Source: Paenibacillus jilunlii (GTDB lineage: Bacteria; Bacillota; Bacilli; Paenibacillales; Paenibacillaceae). Taken from it: a DNA stretch of 32,000 nucleotides. How positions within the stretch are numbered: the first letter of the stretch is position 1; the number at the start of each line of letters is the position of its first letter. The translations under genes were made by a program, and so were the position numbers. Below, one piece after another: positions 22,325-30,704 of the stretch. The DNA is taken from contig NZ_FNGM01000005.1 of the NCBI RefSeq assembly GCF_900102965.1, positions 45,407-77,406 on the forward strand. Reading direction: 5' to 3'. The notes below the pieces were generated by a model, which was given only the letters and a program-made list of their open reading frames with translations, made no database searches and was not told the DNA's origin.

Positions 22325-24727
22325 ATGTCAACTTTTCTGTACCGGTTAGGTAAATCGGCTTATTCCAAGCCATGGTATTTCCTCGCGGCCTGGATCGTCA
22401 TTCTTGGTGTTGTAGGCGCCCTGCTTGGCGCCAATGGCATAAATTCCAGCTCCGAAATGAAAATTGAAGGCACCGAATCGCAAAAAGTGCTGGATAAGCT
22501 GGCTGCCGAGCTTCCCGCCGCTGCCGGCGGACAGGCGAGCGTCGCCTTCACCGCACCGGATGGCGAACGTCTGGACACACCCGAGCGGGTAGCACTAATC
22601 CAGAAGGCTATCAATGATGTCTACAGCATGGACTATATCATCAATCCCGCCGAACTGGCCGCCGAAGCGGCGGCAGCAGCAGCTGCTCAAGCTGGAGCTG
22701 CAGACCCTTCTGCCGCCGGGCAAGCTGCGACTGCGGACCCTGCTGCTGCCTCCGGGCAAGCTGCGGCTGCGGACCCCTCTGCTGCCGCCGGGCAAGCTGC
22801 GGCTGCGGACCCTGCTGCTGCCTCCGGGCAAGCAGCTCCTTATGGCCCGCTGATGGCGAACGGCGTTCCGGTTCCCGGCGTCATGCTGTCCGCTGACGGC
22901 AGCATCGCCCTGTTCCAGTTCCAGTTCACCGTTCAGCAGACGTCGCTGCCGTCCTCCGTACCGGATAACGTCATCAAAGCCGTGACCGAAGTCGAGCAGG
23001 CAGGCTCCGGCATCACCGCCATTCCGAGCGATTCACTGAAAAGCACGCCGTCCATCGGATCGACGGAAGTGGTCGGCGTTGTCGTCGCCGCCGTTGTGCT
23101 GTTTATTACGCTTGGCTCGGTCGTTGCCGCCGGATTGCCGCTGATCACTGCGCTCCTTGGTGTCGCGATCAGCGTTGGGGGTGCTTTTGCCCTCTCTAAT
23201 CTCATCCAGATGAATGACATTACGCCGATTCTTGCTGTTATGATCGGTCTGGCTGTCGGCATCGACTATTCGCTGTTCATCGTGAACCGGCAGCGCCGGT
23301 TGATTCTCGATGAGAAATTAAGCGCACGCGAAGCCGCAAGCCGGGCGGTCGGCACCGCCGGCAGTGCTGTATTTTTTGCCGGACTGACCGTCATTATCGC
23401 CCTGTGCGGCATGCTGGTCATCGGCATTGGATTCTTGTCGACGATGGCTCTGGTTGCCGCTGTCAGCGTTCTGATCAACGTCCTGCTGGCGCTGACCCTG
23501 CTGCCTGCGCTGCTGGGCCTGGTCGGCGAACGGATCTGCACCGCCAAGGCGCGCACGAAAAAAGCAGCTTCAGGAAACCATGCTCACCACGGATTCTCAC
23601 ACCGCTGGGCGAACGCTACGGTGAAATACCGCTGGGTCATCATTGTTCTGGTGGTCCTGGTTCTTGGAACGGCAGCAATTCCGGTAACGAAGATGGAGCT
23701 GGGCATTCCGTCCGGCGCTTCGGCAAATCTGGACACCCCGGCACGCCAAAGCTATGACATCATCTCCAAGGGCTTCGGTGAGGGCTTCAACGGACCGCTG
23801 CTGCTTGTAGCCGAACCGAAAAACCCATCCGGTAAAATTTCCATGGAGACGCTGGGCAAGCTGGTTCAGGAGCTGCAAATGCATGATAACGTCACACTGG
23901 TGTCCCCAATGGGCGTCAACGCAACCGGGGATATCGCCATCATCAGCCTGATCCCCAAAACCGGCCCGACGGATACGGAGACAAGAAATTTGGTGCAGGA
24001 TCTGCGCGATCCCGCCTCCAGCCTGGCATCCGGAAATGAAGTAACGCTTGGGGTGACCGGCTTCACCGCCATCAACATCGATATGTCCTCCAAGCTTTCC
24101 GACGCATTTCCAGTGTATATCGGCATCATCGTTATCCTGTCGCTGATCATTCTGCTGCTCGTTTTCCGGTCGGTCATCGTTCCGGTTAAGGCCACGGTCG
24201 GCTTTATTCTCAGCGTCCTCGCCACCTTCGGCCTGACCACGGCTGTCTATCAGTGGGGATGGCTGCACTCTCTGTTTGGTTTTGACACCGGAGGACCGCT
24301 GCTCAGCTTTATGCCGATTCTGGTCACTGGCATTCTGTACGGGTTGGCAATGGATTATCAGGTTTTCCTGGTCAGCTCCATGCGCGAGGCTTACGTCCAC
24401 GGACGCCATGGCAGCGAAAGTGTCATCCACGGCTACGATCTTGCCAGCCGCGTTGTGCTTGCCGCAGGCATAATCATGGTTTCCGTCTTTGCCGGGTTTA
24501 TTTTTGCCCCTGACGCAATGATCAAACAGATCGGCTTCGCGCTGGCCTTCGGCATCCTGATCGATGCCTTCATCATCCGTATGACCCTTGTTCCGGCTGT
24601 AATGGCAGTCTTCGGCGACAAAGCCTGGTGGCTGCCGAAATGGCTGGACCGTCTGCTGCCAAACCTTGATGTCGAGGGCGATAAGCTGATCGCCAAACTC
24701 CATGCGGAGAGCGGGGACAAGAAATAA
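22325..24727 (+). CDS. MMPL/RND-superfamily membrane transporter (YdfJ/MmpL-like)
   Basis: 800 aa. It has two repeats of a 6-TM bundle, each preceded by a large extracytoplasmic domain. The N-terminus MSTFLYRLGKSAYSKPWYFLAAWIVILG is typical. RBS AAAGGAGAA precedes the start. It pairs with the upstream tetR. Confidence 0.85.
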   Translation: MSTFLYRLGKSAYSKPWYFLAAWIVILGVVGALLGANGINSSSEMKIEGTESQKVLDKLAAELPAAAGGQASVAFTAPDGERLDTPERVALIQKAINDVYSMDYIINPAELAAEAAAAAAAQAGAADPSAAGQAATADPAAASGQAAAADPSAAAGQAAAADPAAASGQAAPYGPLMANGVPVPGVMLSADGSIALFQFQFTVQQTSLPSSVPDNVIKAVTEVEQAGSGITAIPSDSLKSTPSIGSTEVVGVVVAAVVLFITLGSVVAAGLPLITALLGVAISVGGAFALSNLIQMNDITPILAVMIGLAVGIDYSLFIVNRQRRLILDEKLSAREAASRAVGTAGSAVFFAGLTVIIALCGMLVIGIGFLSTMALVAAVSVLINVLLALTLLPALLGLVGERICTAKARTKKAASGNHAHHGFSHRWANATVKYRWVIIVLVVLVLGTAAIPVTKMELGIPSGASANLDTPARQSYDIISKGFGEGFNGPLLLVAEPKNPSGKISMETLGKLVQELQMHDNVTLVSPMGVNATGDIAIISLIPKTGPTDTETRNLVQDLRDPASSLASGNEVTLGVTGFTAINIDMSSKLSDAFPVYIGIIVILSLIILLLVFRSVIVPVKATVGFILSVLATFGLTTAVYQWGWLHSLFGFDTGGPLLSFMPILVTGILYGLAMDYQVFLVSSMREAYVHGRHGSESVIHGYDLASRVVLAAGIIMVSVFAGFIFAPDAMIKQIGFALAFGILIDAFIIRMTLVPAVMAVFGDKAWWLPKWLDRLLPNLDVEGDKLIAKLHAESGDKK
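22691..22837 (+). repeat. In-frame 36-nt tandem repeat (about 4 units) inside the MMPL gene
   Basis: Units at 22718..22753, 22754..22789 and 22790..22825 encode GQAATADPAAAS, GQAAAADPSAAA and GQAAAADPAAAS. Units 1 and 3 differ at a single nucleotide (22730 a versus 22802 g). A degenerate unit lies at 22691..22717 and a partial unit at 22826..22837. Confidence 0.9.
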
Positions 24728-24771
24728 CAAAACGGCTGCGCCGTCCTTGACTGGATACGGTAGCCGTTTTG
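24728..24771 (+). terminator. Probable terminator after the MMPL gene
   Basis: CAAAACGGCT (24728..24737) pairs with AGCCGTTTTG (24762..24771), with a structured 24-nt loop. It starts immediately after the stop codon. Confidence 0.5.
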
Positions 24772-24822
24772 AATTTCAGTTTAGCGTTGCCTGGAGAACC
24801 CTGTATGAATCCTTCGGCAATT

Positions 24823-25018
24823 CCAAGTGGAAAAAGGGTAACTAATTCAGCTCATTTCTCTCCTGATGAAGGAATATGGCCCCATTAAGTTTCCTTTTTC
24901 CACTTAAACCTCACATTTGTTGATTTCAGGGAGGAATAAGTTCCTTTTTTCCAACTAGCATTGCTCACTTGCTTCTTCGCAGCGCTAGTTGGAAAAAGGC
25001 TATCGAATCCGGCTAATC
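24823..25018. repeat. Second cluster of the AGTGGAAAAAG...ACTAATTC intergenic repeat family (two hairpin modules)
   Basis: B1 is on the plus strand at 24825..24854: AAGTGGAAAAAGGGTAACTAATTCAGCTCA. B2 is on the minus strand at 24880..24905, and its reverse complement is AAGTGGAAAAAGGAAACTTAATGGGG. B1 and B2 have 13-bp perfect complementary ends (24825..24837 with 24893..24905). B3 is on the minus strand at 24929..24959, and its reverse complement is GCTAGTTGGAAAAAAGGAACTTATTCCTCCC. B4 is on the plus strand at 24984..25016: GCTAGTTGGAAAAAGGCTATCGAATCCGGCTAA. B3 and B4 can form a 16-bp stem with one bulge. Confidence 0.7.
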
Positions 25019-25136
25019 TTACCCACAAGAAGGATAATATATAGCGCGAAGCATATAAATTCTGGCGTAATATTTTTAAATAACCCCACAAAGCGGGCCT
25101 TTACAAGGAAGCTGATTCAGTTATTTTGAAATTCAT

Positions 25137-25179
25137 AAAGAGCAGAGCCTGCGGATGATGTCTGCCGGCTCTGCTCTTT
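25137..25179 (-). terminator. Rho-independent (bidirectional) terminator after the alpha/beta hydrolase gene
   Basis: AAAGAGCAGAGCC (25137..25149) pairs with GGCTCTGCTCTTT (25167..25179), a 13-bp perfect stem. T-rich sequence follows on both strands. Confidence 0.7.
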
Positions 25180-25204
25180 TTACAAACTGAGGCAGAAAAG
25201 GACC

Positions 25205-26128
25205 CTATTCCATTGAATGCTGAAACGGCGGCTGATCGGTAACAGGCCGGTTTAAGTTAGCCGATAAAAACTTTTCTGTAATGTCAAGAACCTGAGGATT
25301 CCATATGCCTGTTCCATGGTCTGCGCCAACAACCTTATAAAATATAACCTTCTGTCCGTGTTCCTTGAGTGCCTTATACATCTCTATACTCTGGTTCACG
25401 TGGACAATGGTGTCACTGTCTCCATGGATGATGAGAAAGGGCGGAAGCCTTTTTCCCAGATTCTGATGAAGTGGGCTTGCCTGCTTTGCCAGATTTACAT
25501 GCTCCTGTACTTTACCTCCAATCAATAAAGCTTCCGGTGAATCGGCGGCATCATGGTCCAGAATATCATTATATTTACCTAAGGTGAGCAGATCTGAGAC
25601 TCCGTAATAATCAATTACTGCACTGACTTCGTCCGTCTGTTCACTATAAAGGCCGTTATCATATTCTCCTATGGTCAGGCCGGTCATCAATGAAAGGTGT
25701 CCGCCGGATGAATCCCCCCATACCGCAACCCGGTCCGGATCAATCCCGTATTCTCCAGCATGTTTGCGCATAAACCGGATCGCGCATTTGACGTCCTCTA
25801 CAGCGGCCGGGAATCTTGAGATGTCAGTGTCCCTAATTTCAACGCTTGCTATCACATAACCCTTTGCTGCGATATGGCTTAGATTTGGAATGGCCGCATA
25901 AAGGTCTTGTTTTCTCCAAGCTGAACCTTGAACGAAAACGACTAAAGGAAATTTGTACCCGGCACGGTGCGGGACAATAATCTGGAGTCTTCTTTCCACG
26001 CCGTCATATTCCGCATAGACCACATCAGGCCGGTAAGAGCAGGAATAGTAGGTGCCCCCTTCGGAAAAACCGCCAAAGATAATCTGGGTTCCTTCCGGCA
26101 ATTCATTGGCTGCTGCTGTTCGATCCAC
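25205..26128 (-). CDS. Alpha/beta hydrolase (esterase/lipase-like)
   Basis: 307 aa starting at GTG with an AAGGAG RBS. The nucleophile elbow is GDSSGG. Acid and His regions are HGDSDTIV and GADHG. The substrate is unknown. Confidence 0.7.
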   Translation of the reverse strand: MDRTAAANELPEGTQIIFGGFSEGGTYYSCSYRPDVVYAEYDGVERRLQIIVPHRAGYKFPLVVFVQGSAWRKQDLYAAIPNLSHIAAKGYVIASVEIRDTDISRFPAAVEDVKCAIRFMRKHAGEYGIDPDRVAVWGDSSGGHLSLMTGLTIGEYDNGLYSEQTDEVSAVIDYYGVSDLLTLGKYNDILDHDAADSPEALLIGGKVQEHVNLAKQASPLHQNLGKRLPPFLIIHGDSDTIVHVNQSIEMYKALKEHGQKVIFYKVVGADHGTGIWNPQVLDITEKFLSANLNRPVTDQPPFQHSME

Positions 26129-26224
26129 TTTAACACACTCCTTAAAAAAGCATGAAATTCACTGGGTTCAATCAAATTTCTTCACTATGTTATAATATAG
26201 GCATTCTTGCTAGGAGGGGGAAAG

Positions 26225-26989
26225 ATGGCCCATATTCACTATGTTGAATCCAACACCACGCACGCCAGCAATTTTGTTATCGATGTTCCCGTGGGCTATC
26301 ACTGGCTCCTTGTGATCACCAAGACCCCAGCACAATTCTGGGTAAACGGCGGGCTCAAGGAATACCCTGCTCACAGCGCAATCCTCTATCGCCCACTGCA
26401 GAAAGTCTATTACCGGGCCTGCACCGACCAATATATCAATGATTGGGTCCGCTTCGAGTCCGATGAACCTTATATTTCCGAATCTCCCCTTCCGCTCGGC
26501 GTTCCCTTTCCCCTGAGTGACCCGGACTACTGCCACAAACTGTTTGAACTGCTTGTCATCGAACATAATTTTAACCGGGATTGCAAAGAATCTTCCATCG
26601 ATTATTTGCTCCGGACGCTGTTCAACAAGCTATGGGAATCCTACTTCCAAGCTGATATTACGCCTCAATATTACAAATTGCTGAAACTGCGCACTGCTAT
26701 TCAAAACAAACCGGGCGATTACTGGACGGTCTCAAAAATGGCGGATTCTCTTGGAATCAGCCCGGGCTATCTTCAGAGCATCTACAAAAAAACGTTTGGG
26801 GTTTCCTGCATGGATGACGTCATCAACAGCCGGATTCGTATGGCCAAAGAATACTTGATTCACAACGCCCAAAGCATTGCGGAAGTCGCTTCCCGGTGCG
26901 GATATCAAAACGTTGAACACTTCTGCAGGCAATTCAAACAACTGACCGGGCATACACCGAGAAACTTTCAGAAGCATGTAAAAGGTTAA
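26225..26989 (+). CDS. AraC-family transcriptional regulator
   Basis: ORF 26207..26989 was re-called to ATG 26225 (RBS AGGAGGGGG). It has a C-terminal double HTH (WTVSKMADSLGISPGYLQSIYKKTFG ... SIAEVASRCGYQNVEHFCRQFKQLTGHTP) and an N-terminal cupin-like sensor domain. Confidence 0.85.
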   Translation: MAHIHYVESNTTHASNFVIDVPVGYHWLLVITKTPAQFWVNGGLKEYPAHSAILYRPLQKVYYRACTDQYINDWVRFESDEPYISESPLPLGVPFPLSDPDYCHKLFELLVIEHNFNRDCKESSIDYLLRTLFNKLWESYFQADITPQYYKLLKLRTAIQNKPGDYWTVSKMADSLGISPGYLQSIYKKTFGVSCMDDVINSRIRMAKEYLIHNAQSIAEVASRCGYQNVEHFCRQFKQLTGHTPRNFQKHVKG

Positions 26990-27011
26990 TGTTCAATTTG
27001 GGCAGCACCGG

Positions 27012-28526
27012 TTACTTGAAAACCTGCTGCACAAGGAACTTCATGATTTCACCCGGTTGTTGTTTGGAAAACTCGGCGCGGTCTGCGAATAGCATCCCAT
27101 ACGGTGCTTCAGGGGTGTACGGCTCCCATCGCGGCAGTTCCTCTCCAGTCGAGTCCAGGCCGTTCGGGTCTCCTGAACGGATGAAGTTGGCCCAATAATT
27201 ACACATCTGGCGGGCCAAATCATAATGCTTACCGACAAACGGTCTCCAGCATTTGGCAAGCGTCTCAAAGAAAAACCAGAGATCCACCGAGTGGAAGGTG
27301 CCGGGGTTGTCCCAGCCCGGTATTTCAGCATCGAAATTATAATAGTACAGCGGGGTTTCGCCGCCGGTGCCGGCATTGGCCTGCGCAGCAATGCGAATCG
27401 CGTATTCTATCCCGCTCACCGAAGCCTTCTTCCTGGCTTCCTCCATATTGCCCGATTGAACGCCACAAAGCTCCAGAAATGCAGCGGCATCGTCGCCGAA
27501 CATGTCTGCGGCCATTTTTTTGAAATCGTCCAATGTTTCAGCATCCGGGACACTAAAAAACTCGGAGGAGGTATGACCGAGCATTACCGGCACCTTCCAG
27601 CGCTTGTTTTGCAGGAACAAATCAAAAGAATTGCCTACGCTGAACACCTGGTCTGTCACGGTGCCCCAGAATCCCCGGTACTCCACAGCCTTGTCTCGCA
27701 GGTAGACCGCATCCAGCTGCCGGGCTTCGGCAAGTGAGGATACACCCAGATAATTAAAAAATGCGATCCCATCCTGTTCAGCTTCAGCCAAATGATTCCG
27801 TAGCGCCGGCATGAGCGTTCCCGGATAAAGCTTCGTAAAGATTCCGCTTTCAACAATCGCCCTCTGAAAGAGGCCTTCATTCTGAGGCGAAGTGAGCTGG
27901 CTCATGACGCTTCCGCCGCCGGCGGACTGCCCGCCGATGGTGATGTTATCCGGGTCGCCGCCGAATGCCGCGATATTGCGTTTAACCCATCTTGTTGCCG
28001 CCTGTTGATCGAGGTTGCCAAAGTTAGCCGGTGCTTCCGGCGCTTCCGCCGTTATTTCAGGATGGCATAAAAATCCGAAAACATTCAGGCGATAGTTGAT
28101 CGTGACCACCACGATGCCCCGGCGGGCAATACGTTCGCCGTCGAATTCCATTTCGGCTGGATGGCCCACCTGCAGACCTCCGCCAAAATACCACACATAT
28201 ACCGGAAGTTTCTCATCCATACGATTGGCCGGTGTCCATACATTCAGGTAAAGGCAATCCTCGTCCATGGCGATATCTGGTTCCACAGCCCATTCCCGGG
28301 TATAGATGTTGTTGTCGTGGAGCTCTTGTCTTACCTGCATTGCAATTGGCGCGAACTGGTATGCTTGCAGCACTCCTTCCCAGTCTCCTGCCGGCTGCGG
28401 GGCACGCCAACGGTTTTCGCCCGTAGGTGGAGCGGCGAAAGGTATCCCTTTGAAGCTGGTGATCCGGGGGTCGGCTGCGGGCAGCCCCTGAACCGTCCCA
28501 TTTTCAACTTTTACAACTCTCAGCAT
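27012..28526 (-). CDS. Type-B carboxylesterase (PnbA-like)
   Basis: ORF 27012..28553 was re-called to ATG 28526..28524 (RBS AAGGAGA), giving 504 aa. The N-terminal signature is GTVQGL...SFKGIPFAAPP and EDCLYLNVW. The nucleophile elbow is GGQSAGG. Confidence 0.85.
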   Translation of the reverse strand: MLRVVKVENGTVQGLPAADPRITSFKGIPFAAPPTGENRWRAPQPAGDWEGVLQAYQFAPIAMQVRQELHDNNIYTREWAVEPDIAMDEDCLYLNVWTPANRMDEKLPVYVWYFGGGLQVGHPAEMEFDGERIARRGIVVVTINYRLNVFGFLCHPEITAEAPEAPANFGNLDQQAATRWVKRNIAAFGGDPDNITIGGQSAGGGSVMSQLTSPQNEGLFQRAIVESGIFTKLYPGTLMPALRNHLAEAEQDGIAFFNYLGVSSLAEARQLDAVYLRDKAVEYRGFWGTVTDQVFSVGNSFDLFLQNKRWKVPVMLGHTSSEFFSVPDAETLDDFKKMAADMFGDDAAAFLELCGVQSGNMEEARKKASVSGIEYAIRIAAQANAGTGGETPLYYYNFDAEIPGWDNPGTFHSVDLWFFFETLAKCWRPFVGKHYDLARQMCNYWANFIRSGDPNGLDSTGEELPRWEPYTPEAPYGMLFADRAEFSKQQPGEIMKFLVQQVFK

Positions 28527-28591
28527 GTTATCGTCTCCTTGGTATGTATTCATTGGAGTACATTTAATTGTATGGAGTACACTTCCCTTTC

Positions 28592-28606
28592 AGCGAGCGC
28601 TTTCAA
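28592..28606 (-). promoter_or_regulatory. Candidate cre (CcpA site) upstream of the carboxylesterase gene
   Basis: The minus strand reads TTGAAAGCGCTCGCT, which fits WTGNAANCGNWNNCW at all constrained positions. It lies 66-80 nt upstream of ATG 28526. Confidence 0.35.
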
Positions 28607-28697
28607 TAAAAATTGTAATTTACACCCCTGTCTAAAACAATGATCTAAGCAGAAATATAATTGATGTATTCTAATATTACGGTTTGTAGCATCGGAA

Positions 28698-29615
28698 TCA
28701 GCCCTTTACCCCTCCGACAGTCATCCCCTGAACAAAATATCTCTGCAGGAACGGATAGACCATCAGAATCGGAACACTGGCAATAATCGTCATCGTCGCC
28801 CTGAGCGAAGTAGGAGTAACCCTAACAGCATTTTCCGCAGATTGGTAGGCCTCCACCGCCCCGGCAGTGGCAGAAGTGTTGGTGGTCTGCAAAATTTTCA
28901 TCAGCTCGTACTGCAGCGTGCTTAAATTGATATTCGAGGAATTATACAAAAACACATCAAACCATGAATTCCATTGTCCCACAGCCACAAACAAGGATAC
29001 GGTCGCCATGGCCGGAATGGTCAACGGCAATACAACGCGGATAAAGGTAGTGAATTCTCCGGCACCGTCAATCCGGGCCGATTCCAGGATCCCTTCGGGA
29101 AGGCCTTCAATAAAGGACCGGATGATGATCATGTTGAACACACCGATCACCCCCGGAACAATATAGACCCAGAAGGAGTCCGTCAAACCCAAATTACGGA
29201 TAAGCAGATATCCGGGGATCAGCCCTCCGCTGAAATACATGGTAATGACGAAGAACAGTGTGACAAACTTGCGGAGCACAAACTCCTGGCGGCTGACGGT
29301 GAAGGCCAGCATTGCCGTACAGAAGACGGATACCGCGGTTCCGGTCACGGTGCGGAGAAGTGAAATTAAGGTTGCATGGTAAATATCCGATTCTCCGAAG
29401 ATATATTTGTAATTGTTCAAGGTCCACATCCGCGGCCACAAATAAATCCCGCCTCTCACGGCGTCGTTGGCGTCATTGAAGGAAACGGCAATCATATTAA
29501 CAAAGGGATACATCGTGACAATCATCAGACACACCATAAAGATAACATTGCATATATCAAACACCCGGTCCCCCGGACTGGAGTTGCGTAAGCGTGACGT
29601 TTTACTTGCCTGCAT
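28698..29615 (-). CDS. Carbohydrate ABC transporter permease (LplC/YtcP-like)
   Basis: 305 aa with 6 TM helices. The EAA-loop-like segment is ESARIDGAGEFTTFIRVVLPL. Confidence 0.85.
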   Translation of the reverse strand: MQASKTSRLRNSSPGDRVFDICNVIFMVCLMIVTMYPFVNMIAVSFNDANDAVRGGIYLWPRMWTLNNYKYIFGESDIYHATLISLLRTVTGTAVSVFCTAMLAFTVSRQEFVLRKFVTLFFVITMYFSGGLIPGYLLIRNLGLTDSFWVYIVPGVIGVFNMIIIRSFIEGLPEGILESARIDGAGEFTTFIRVVLPLTIPAMATVSLFVAVGQWNSWFDVFLYNSSNINLSTLQYELMKILQTTNTSATAGAVEAYQSAENAVRVTPTSLRATMTIIASVPILMVYPFLQRYFVQGMTVGGVKG

Positions 29616-29630
29616 GACCTAAACCTCCTT

Positions 29631-30602
29631 TTAGAATAATCTGCTTTCTCCCATTCTCTTGGCAATATGATTGGCGGAGAAAAGGAAGATGAAGCTGACT
29701 ACGGTTTTGAATATGCCTGCCGCTGTCCCTAAAGAAAAGCTGCCCATTCCCAAGCCATACTTCAGCACAAAAATATCCAGGTTCTCCGAGTATTCCAAAT
29801 TCATCCCGTTCCCCAGCAAATATTGCGGCTCAAATCCGGATTCAAGAATATTACCCAAATTCATAATCAGCAGGATAATGATAACCGGCTTGAGTCCGGG
29901 AAGCGTAATATTGAGCATCCGCTGAAAGCGGCTCGCCCCGTCGATTTCAGCCGCCTCATATTGGGAAGGATCAATTGAAGTAATAGCCGCCAAGTAGATA
30001 ATGGTGTTCCAGCCTACGTCTTTCCAAACCTGTGTTCCCGCGAGAATGCCCCAAAAATAATTCCCTTTACCCATCCACAGCTCCGGTTTATCCAGGAGAT
30101 GCAGCTTCGTCAGCAGCAGATTAATGATGCCGTCAGGAGATAACACGGTCAGCACAATACTGGACGCTACAACCCAGGAGATAAAGTGCGGCAAATAGCT
30201 GACCGTCTGAACCACACGTTTAAAAATAATATTTTTCAGCTCATTCAGCAAAAGAGCCAGCGTAATCGCTGTAACGAATCCCAGTATCAGTTGAATGGTG
30301 CTCATCACCAGCGTGTTTCGCAGCACCCGGTAAAAGGTGCTGTCCTCAAACAGAATCCGAAAATGCTTCAGACCCGCCCATTCCTGCTCCGAGAAGCTTC
30401 TGGCCGGTTTATAATTCTGAAAGGCCATGGTCCAACCCCAAATGGGAAGGTATTTAAACACAAAAGCCCAGATTACGAAGGGAAGACACATAAAAGCCAG
30501 CGTCCTCTGCTGGATAAGGCGGCTAAAGAACAAATTGGTTTTATTCATTCCAGGACTCTTCACTTGCGGGTCCGAATTTACAGAATACACAGGTTTCTCC
30601 AC
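29631..30602 (-). CDS. Sugar ABC transporter permease (LplB/YteP-like)
   Basis: 323 aa from GTG 30602. An alternative start is ATG 30548, giving MNKTNLFFSRL. The EAA loop is EAAEIDGASRFQRMLNITLPG. Confidence 0.85.
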   Translation of the reverse strand: MEKPVYSVNSDPQVKSPGMNKTNLFFSRLIQQRTLAFMCLPFVIWAFVFKYLPIWGWTMAFQNYKPARSFSEQEWAGLKHFRILFEDSTFYRVLRNTLVMSTIQLILGFVTAITLALLLNELKNIIFKRVVQTVSYLPHFISWVVASSIVLTVLSPDGIINLLLTKLHLLDKPELWMGKGNYFWGILAGTQVWKDVGWNTIIYLAAITSIDPSQYEAAEIDGASRFQRMLNITLPGLKPVIIILLIMNLGNILESGFEPQYLLGNGMNLEYSENLDIFVLKYGLGMGSFSLGTAAGIFKTVVSFIFLFSANHIAKRMGESRLF

Positions 30603-30704
30603 TTCATCTTACTCCCTTCCGCTCCTTGGTTGTGAAAGCCGCAGGGCCGCATCGCCTTTCGGCTTACGACCCCGGATACTTAGCAAACGCTTACAGAACC
30701 GGCA

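Noticed and set aside
22595-22853. Overlapping ORFs on both strands (78 aa on the minus strand, 79 aa on the plus strand) with repetitive LPPGKLRLRT-type sequence.
   Set aside because: They are alternative-frame readings of the 36-nt tandem repeat inside the MMPL gene. The MMPL frame is continuous and carries the real signal.
23597-24730. 377-aa minus-strand ORF antisense to the MMPL gene, and a 387-aa plus-strand ORF at 30729..31892 antisense to the solute-binding protein gene.
   Set aside because: The reason is the same. The opposite-strand genes have clear family signatures, while these translations have none, and their starts lack Shine-Dalgarno sequences.
24885-25091. 68-aa minus-strand ORF in the MMPL / hydrolase intergenic region.
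   Set aside because: It is composed largely of the inverted repeat modules, lacks an RBS, and lies between two terminators. It is most likely a chance ORF.
27900-27935. GQSAG instead of the textbook GESAG nucleophile elbow in the type-B carboxylesterase.
   Set aside because: As far as I recall, the Gln variant occurs among bacterial family members. On its own it does not indicate loss of function or novelty.
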